From positions 1 to 21,295 of the forward strand of contig JBFFSH010000041.1 of assembly GCA_041572575.1 (NCBI GenBank): DNA of 21,295 bases, read 5' to 3'. The notes beneath the pieces were generated by a model. It worked only from the letters and a program-made list of their open reading frames with translations, did no database searches and was not told the DNA's origin. This DNA is from Thermodesulfobacteriota bacterium. Its GTDB lineage: Bacteria > Desulfobacterota_D > UBA1144 > Nemesobacterales > N074bin48. Both the position numbers and the translations under genes were made by a program. Shown here in pieces: positions 16,839 through 21,295 of the stretch; within the stretch, counting starts at the first letter, position 1; every line of letters begins with the position of its first letter.

Positions 16839-18485
16839 TTAAGCAGCAGAAGATATGTTCTTATCTGTTGCTGAATTTTCATCTATTACTCCATACTCTT
16901 TTCCTACTCTTTCAAGAATTTCTATTGTTTTATCCAGATCTTCTTTTGTATGAGTTGACATAACAGTGAGTCTGAGTCTTTCTTTACCCACCGGAACGGC
17001 AGGATAAGGGAAATAACTGAGATATATCCCCTCCTCCAGAATTTTTGCAGCCATTTTCTTACCTATAACATCATTACCAATAATAACTACGACAATTGCC
17101 GAATAAAAATCCAGCAAATTAAATCCCAGGGCTTCTAGTTTTTCTCTTACATAATTTACATTTTTCATTAATGTTTCTATCTTTTCAGGCTCATTTTCCA
17201 TAATTTCTATTGATTTGAGGGCTGATGCAGCAACCTGTGGAGGGAGATTGCATGAAAAAACGCTGGATCTACCATAATGTCTAAGATAGTTAATTACCTC
17301 TTTGGAAGCACCAACAAAACCGCCTACACACCCAAGCGCCTTACTCATGGTTCCTACTACTATATCGACCTCCCCTTCCATTCCAAAATGACTTATTGTA
17401 CCCCTTCCATTTTCTCCAATTATTCCCATGGCATGAGCATCATCAACCATAACCTTAGCATCGTATTTCTTCCCCAGTTCTACAATCTCTGGAAGCGGAC
17501 AAATGTCCCCCTCGGTACTATATACCCCGTCTACTATTATTACTTTCCCATTATATTTAGATTCACAACTTTTAAGTACTCTTTGCAGATCATTCATATC
17601 CGAATGTCTGAATGTTCTCATTGTAGCTCCGGAAAGTGCTACTCCGTCCAAAATACTCCTATGTGCAAGTCTGTCTAAAATAGCTACATCATCTTTCATA
17701 ATTAAACCTGAAATAACACCCAGGTTAGCCGTATAACCTGATGGGAAGAGCATTATCTCCTCACAACCTTTTATTTCTGCAAGCTTTTTTTCCAGTTTTA
17801 CATGGACATCATAGGTACCGGTATGCATGGGTGCGCCTACTGAAGAACCACCGTACTTTTTTAATGCTTTTTCACCAGCTTTAATGACTTCAGGATGGTA
17901 TGAAAGACCAAGATAGTTACCACTGCCCATATTTATTTTTTCTTCTTTTTTTCCCGTAACCTCATCAAACAGCATTAGTCTGTTTTTTGAAGCAGTAAGC
18001 AGATGTTTTCTTAATGTGTAATTACCTTTCTCTTTCCAGTCTTCTACATATGACCAGAATTTATGTGTTTTCTCAAATATGTCCTTTGCAGGTATGTTAA
18101 CAAAGTCTGCTAATTTATAGTCATCAGAATCTACATTTAGTTTTAAAACTCTTGATTCAATAAAGTCCTCAAGACGCTTTTTGTCTGACTTATCAATTAT
18201 GACAAACTTAACTTTTAAGCCTGACAACATATTATCCTGCTCTGAATCCTTTATCCCGGTATTCTTAACTTCACTATATGTCTTGATGCTGAAATGAGTA
18301 TTGGGTAGTTTAAATTCCAAAAGAAGTTTAGTGTTAGGTTCAATTACAGTATCTGTTTCTATAAACATTCCATCATTTGATAATTTGCCGGAACATCCTA
18401 ATGTTTTTCCAATGTTTTTAGAAAATATATCAATACCTGAGAATGGTATGGATACTGTTGAAACGTCAGAAGATGATTGGTTCAT
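16839..18485 (-). CDS. PLP-dependent alpha-oxoamine synthase (SPT/KBL/BioF/CqsA superfamily) with N-terminal PilZ-like domain
   Basis: SGNYLGL, FPSGYTAN, HRSILDG, FRHSD, DGVYSTEGD, DDAHAMG, GTMSKALG (PLP lysine), RLRLTV. The first ~110 aa resemble PilZ (LSNDGMFIET, LEFKLP, GLKVKF). SD AAGGAG is present. Confidence 0.88.
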   Translation of the reverse strand: MNQSSSDVSTVSIPFSGIDIFSKNIGKTLGCSGKLSNDGMFIETDTVIEPNTKLLLEFKLPNTHFSIKTYSEVKNTGIKDSEQDNMLSGLKVKFVIIDKSDKKRLEDFIESRVLKLNVDSDDYKLADFVNIPAKDIFEKTHKFWSYVEDWKEKGNYTLRKHLLTASKNRLMLFDEVTGKKEEKINMGSGNYLGLSYHPEVIKAGEKALKKYGGSSVGAPMHTGTYDVHVKLEKKLAEIKGCEEIMLFPSGYTANLGVISGLIMKDDVAILDRLAHRSILDGVALSGATMRTFRHSDMNDLQRVLKSCESKYNGKVIIVDGVYSTEGDICPLPEIVELGKKYDAKVMVDDAHAMGIIGENGRGTISHFGMEGEVDIVVGTMSKALGCVGGFVGASKEVINYLRHYGRSSVFSCNLPPQVAASALKSIEIMENEPEKIETLMKNVNYVREKLEALGFNLLDFYSAIVVVIIGNDVIGKKMAAKILEEGIYLSYFPYPAVPVGKERLRLTVMSTHTKEDLDKTIEILERVGKEYGVIDENSATDKNISSAA

Positions 18486-18572
18486 AATCCCTTCTCCTTA
18501 ATAAAGTAAATTCTTTGATGTTAATACTACAGACCTGTTAATTTTATATTGTATTAAATTTATGCAAACAGA

Positions 18573-19247
18573 TCAACTACTTTTTTGTGATAATATACTT
18601 TGATAAGCTATAGGGCCATGTTTAAATAATCTGATATATGTAACATCTACCAATTTTAGGTCAGAATCTGTGATATATTTTGGATAATCATATACGCAGT
18701 GAAGTGGGGCAAGACCCTGTATCCAGTATGAACTGTTGGCTAGTGCATGATAAAACCACTGAAATGAACTATATAATATATTGCCTTGTGGAGCAGCGAA
18801 ATCTGCTATAAGGAGCTTCCCACCTTTTTTTAAAAGACTTGATAAATGTTCCAAAACCTGCTTCATTACAGGCTCAGGGAATATATTCAAAAAATAGTTC
18901 GCGGTTACAACATCATAATAACCAGGCCTGTCATGCTCCATTATATCAGCACAAATGAACTCCCCGTTATCCAGATTATTGTTGGCAAAATATTTTTTTG
19001 CATTTTCTAGCATCTTTGAAGAAAGGTCCACACAAGTAATATGTGTATTTTTCTTGGCAGCCTCTATTGCATCTTCGCCAGATCCAACCCCTGCATACAA
19101 GATTCTGTCACCGGGATGAAAATGAGCTACCTGTACAAGTTTTGATGCCTTGATCTTGCCATTTGAATATATGTTAGCCATAAACTCATAATGGGATGCA
19201 ACGGCATCATAGTTCCTACTATTAGTAGAATTATTATTAACAGCCAT
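18573..19247 (-). CDS. Class I SAM-dependent methyltransferase (UbiE/PmtA-like)
   Basis: YDAVASHY, RILYAGVGSG motif I, VDLSSKML, YDVV, LKKGGKLLIADF. Confidence 0.85.
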   Translation of the reverse strand: MAVNNNSTNSRNYDAVASHYEFMANIYSNGKIKASKLVQVAHFHPGDRILYAGVGSGEDAIEAAKKNTHITCVDLSSKMLENAKKYFANNNLDNGEFICADIMEHDRPGYYDVVTANYFLNIFPEPVMKQVLEHLSSLLKKGGKLLIADFAAPQGNILYSSFQWFYHALANSSYWIQGLAPLHCVYDYPKYITDSDLKLVDVTYIRLFKHGPIAYQSILSQKSS

Positions 19248-19285
19248 GATATTTATGTATGAGCTGTACTATATAAGCAATTTAA

Positions 19286-21133
19286 TTAAAGACCAAAATA
19301 AGCTCTTTGATTTAACGAGCTGTTCCCCTTCCATGTCTTAATTATATTATCAAGAGTGAAGATAAACCGCCCCTGAATAGAATATATACTACTTGATGGA
19401 TTTGATTCATTCAAATCAGATATTGTCCCCTCTAATAAAGCGCGTTGACTTAGCAAATCATCGAGACCGTCTCCAGCAAATATATAACTGCCAATAAGGT
19501 CAAACCACAAATGATCCATGATTTTCCAGGTAAGAGTCCCTTCAAGTTCTGTTCCCAGATATTTATTTACTGCCGGCAGGGGTGTTAATCCATCAGTACC
19601 CAGCAGAGCATTTCTTTCATCAGTCCAAGCAAATAATATTTGTGGAGTAAAATACAAAGAGTTTGATAGATTAAGTGTAGTATGAGCTTTTACATAACCT
19701 GAATTTATTACACTGCCCTCAACTGCATAAATATTTGGAATAACGTGTTTAAATAATAAATTATCAATTACATATGCATTATTAAAAAATATAGCATTAC
19801 CTTCTAGTTTATCAGGTGTGGCAGAATCGTCCCCACTTGACCATCCAAATTCTGTTACTATTCTATCTACCCTATTTGTGGGAGGATTATATCCCAGCCT
19901 GCCTACAAACAAGAAATTTTCAGTAGTTATATCAATTTCAGAATCTCCAATTACAGAAGGGAGCGGATCATCCAGATCACTTAATTTGCCAAAGATATTC
20001 TCAAACTCAAACGCAAGGTAAAATGGATCTTTATCATATTTACCATACAGTGACCATACTATAGGGTTATCGAGATCAGCTCTAAGGCCATTACTTACAT
20101 TAAACTTCTCCTGGTTTACCAAATAAGCATATCCCCCAAATTCAAAATTATCTCCAAAATATAAGGCTCCTAATCCGCCCTCCCATCCATTACCTTCTGC
20201 CCCCCTGCTTAGAGTCCTTCCCTGACTTAATATATCGAAGGTAAATACTAGGATTAATCTTTCCCATGCTCCGCCAAGTGGTGTGAATGGAGCAGTATCA
20301 AATTCAAACCTGTCCACAATTGTACCAAAATCCTGATCAGGGAGGCTTCCTGCGTTTGCGAGTATACCTAAAGCCCAATCGTATGGTTGTCTTCCAAACC
20401 ATAACTCTCCTACCGGTGTCTTTGCCATAAAATATAAAGTTCTTATATCAAAGAAATCAATATCCTGATCAACTGCAGAGATAGTATTTCCTGAAAAGGT
20501 ATCAGTTACATCTCTCAAAACAGCCCCCCGGAACGAATCTGATGGACTTGGAGCTACAAATACCTTATCTGCAGAGTTTTCGTCTCCTATACCACCCCAT
20601 ATGATGTTTCTGGCTACATCAATCTGTGAGCGTAGGGAAATATTTTCGTTAACTTCAAGCATTGGGGATATCATTAGTCTTGAATCTGCAAAAGCTATCT
20701 GATCCTCTGTATTAGGTGTTGCTCCCAAGAACGTAGCATTTTCTATAAGTCTTGCCCTGGATCTGAAATAGCTTGGAAAATCAGGATTGAACTTAACTTT
20801 GGGAAAATAACCCGTAAGCGGCTCTATTTTTGAATTAATTACCTCTTCCAATTTGCCCTCGGTTTGCTTACTATCTGCCTTTAGCTCTTTAACCTCTTCC
20901 TTGTCAGTCTGCCTATCGGCTTCCATCTGTTCGATTTTTTTCTTGAGGTCATCGATTTGCTGCTGGCTTTTTTGCTGAATCTCTTCTATCATTTTTTGGT
21001 TTTCAATCTGAATCTGTTCTATTTGCCTTTTAAGAGATTCAACCTGATTGTTAAGCTGCTCTGAGCTTAAGTGGGGAGTGTAAATAAGAAATAACGCAAT
21101 AATTAATACAATACCTTTAATAATGCTTTCCAT
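19286..21133 (-). CDS. Outer-membrane beta-barrel protein with N-terminal coiled coil (resembles deltaproteobacterial porins such as the TIGR04551 type)
   Basis: Signal peptide, Q/E/K-rich coiled coil, YFRSR, TPVGELWFGRQPYDWALG, DFGTIVDR, LGTELEG beta-strand motifs. The real start is ATG 21133 (SD AAGGAGA at 21148-21142); the track's start at 21169 lies inside the IS IR. Confidence 0.75.
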   Translation of the reverse strand: MESIIKGIVLIIALFLIYTPHLSSEQLNNQVESLKRQIEQIQIENQKMIEEIQQKSQQQIDDLKKKIEQMEADRQTDKEEVKELKADSKQTEGKLEEVINSKIEPLTGYFPKVKFNPDFPSYFRSRARLIENATFLGATPNTEDQIAFADSRLMISPMLEVNENISLRSQIDVARNIIWGGIGDENSADKVFVAPSPSDSFRGAVLRDVTDTFSGNTISAVDQDIDFFDIRTLYFMAKTPVGELWFGRQPYDWALGILANAGSLPDQDFGTIVDRFEFDTAPFTPLGGAWERLILVFTFDILSQGRTLSRGAEGNGWEGGLGALYFGDNFEFGGYAYLVNQEKFNVSNGLRADLDNPIVWSLYGKYDKDPFYLAFEFENIFGKLSDLDDPLPSVIGDSEIDITTENFLFVGRLGYNPPTNRVDRIVTEFGWSSGDDSATPDKLEGNAIFFNNAYVIDNLLFKHVIPNIYAVEGSVINSGYVKAHTTLNLSNSLYFTPQILFAWTDERNALLGTDGLTPLPAVNKYLGTELEGTLTWKIMDHLWFDLIGSYIFAGDGLDDLLSQRALLEGTISDLNESNPSSSIYSIQGRFIFTLDNIIKTWKGNSSLNQRAYFGL

Positions 21134-21158
21134 CCCTACTATCTCCTTAATAAATAAA

Positions 21159-21176
21159 GGAGCTCGCATAGGACAG
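21159..21176. repeat. Terminal inverted repeat (IRL) of the IS
   Basis: 17/18 match to the reverse complement of 121-138. Confidence 0.85.
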
Positions 21177-21198
21177 CAAAGTATACTAAGCTGAAACT

Positions 21199-21295
21199 AT
21201 GCAAAAGAAGTTACTTAAGAATACAAAACTATCAAATAGTAAGATAAGCAAGCTAATACAAATGTTTGTATTGGAAGTGCCGGCATGTAAAGCGG
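21199..21295 (+). CDS. IS1595/IS1016-like transposase, 5' fragment (not in ORF track)
   Basis: MQKKLLKNTKLSNSKISKLIQMFVLEVPACKA, open to the window edge. It resembles the IS1016-type N-terminus (KxxLSxxKxxKLIxxFVxxVxAxxA). Confidence 0.75.
   Translation, partial: MQKKLLKNTKLSNSKISKLIQMFVLEVPACKA

Larger units (their letters stand above)
21159..21295 (+). mobile_element. Left end of an IS1595-family (IS1016-like) insertion sequence, truncated by the window edge
   Basis: IR GGAGCTCGCATAGGACAG at 21159-21176 followed by a transposase-like reading frame starting at 21199. Confidence 0.82.

Noticed and set aside
16839..18485. Calling the synthase bioF, kbl, spt or cqsA
   Set aside because: There are no biotin genes, tdh, ACP or ceramide synthase nearby. 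The extra N-terminal domain and altered motifs do not allow a specific assignment.
549..20021. Short overlapping ORFs in the track (for example 549..821, 559..795, 2308..2490, 6565..6903, 8462..8755, 10933..11352, 17277..17678, 19818..20021)
   Set aside because: They are antisense or alternate-frame shadows of well-supported genes and have no recognisable motifs.
139..21158. Window as a circular element opened at a single IS
   Set aside because: The 8-bp sequences adjoining the two IRs do not match as a target duplication, there are no replication genes, and housekeeping genes are present.
21134..21169. N-terminal extension MRAPLFIKEIVG of the barrel protein
   Set aside because: That ATG lies within the IS inverted repeat. 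ATG 21133 has a strong SD and begins the signal peptide.
1..21295. CRISPR arrays, tRNA/rRNA genes, riboswitches, clear intrinsic terminators
   Set aside because: I saw no regularly spaced repeats, cloverleafs or GC-rich hairpin plus U-tract. A covariance-model search (Infernal/Rfam) would be needed to exclude small RNAs.

Overview
AT-rich bacterial DNA, almost entirely coded on the minus strand. It is bounded at both ends by partial, same-orientation copies of an IS1595-family (IS1016-like) insertion sequence that the ORF track missed: a transposase C-terminus plus inverted repeat (IR) at 1-138, and an IR plus transposase N-terminus at 21159-21295. The left half holds mixed housekeeping and accessory genes: a secreted protein, a 3beta-HSD-like SDR, a beta-hydroxyacid dehydrogenase, two tandem PilZ genes (one frameshifted), an EamA transporter, a TPR protein, purM, a cyclophilin, an LLM oxidoreductase, a BadI/Oah/MenB-like crotonase and an orphan gldC. 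The right half (10461-21133) is a tightly packed co-directional 7-gene cluster: outer-membrane beta-barrel, SAM methyltransferase, PilZ-like domain fused to a PLP alpha-oxoamine synthase, 3beta-HSD-like reductase, second methyltransferase, PDZ/multi-TM/GAF sensor kinase and REC-PAS-HK-REC hybrid kinase. I read it as a candidate undescribed system that makes and senses a lipid-like (amino-ketone/amino-alcohol) signal; this is inference from gene content. In this sequence the sensor has an in-frame TGA in its H-box, and an IS sits 25 nt upstream of the first gene. All family assignments come from motif recognition by eye, not database searches.
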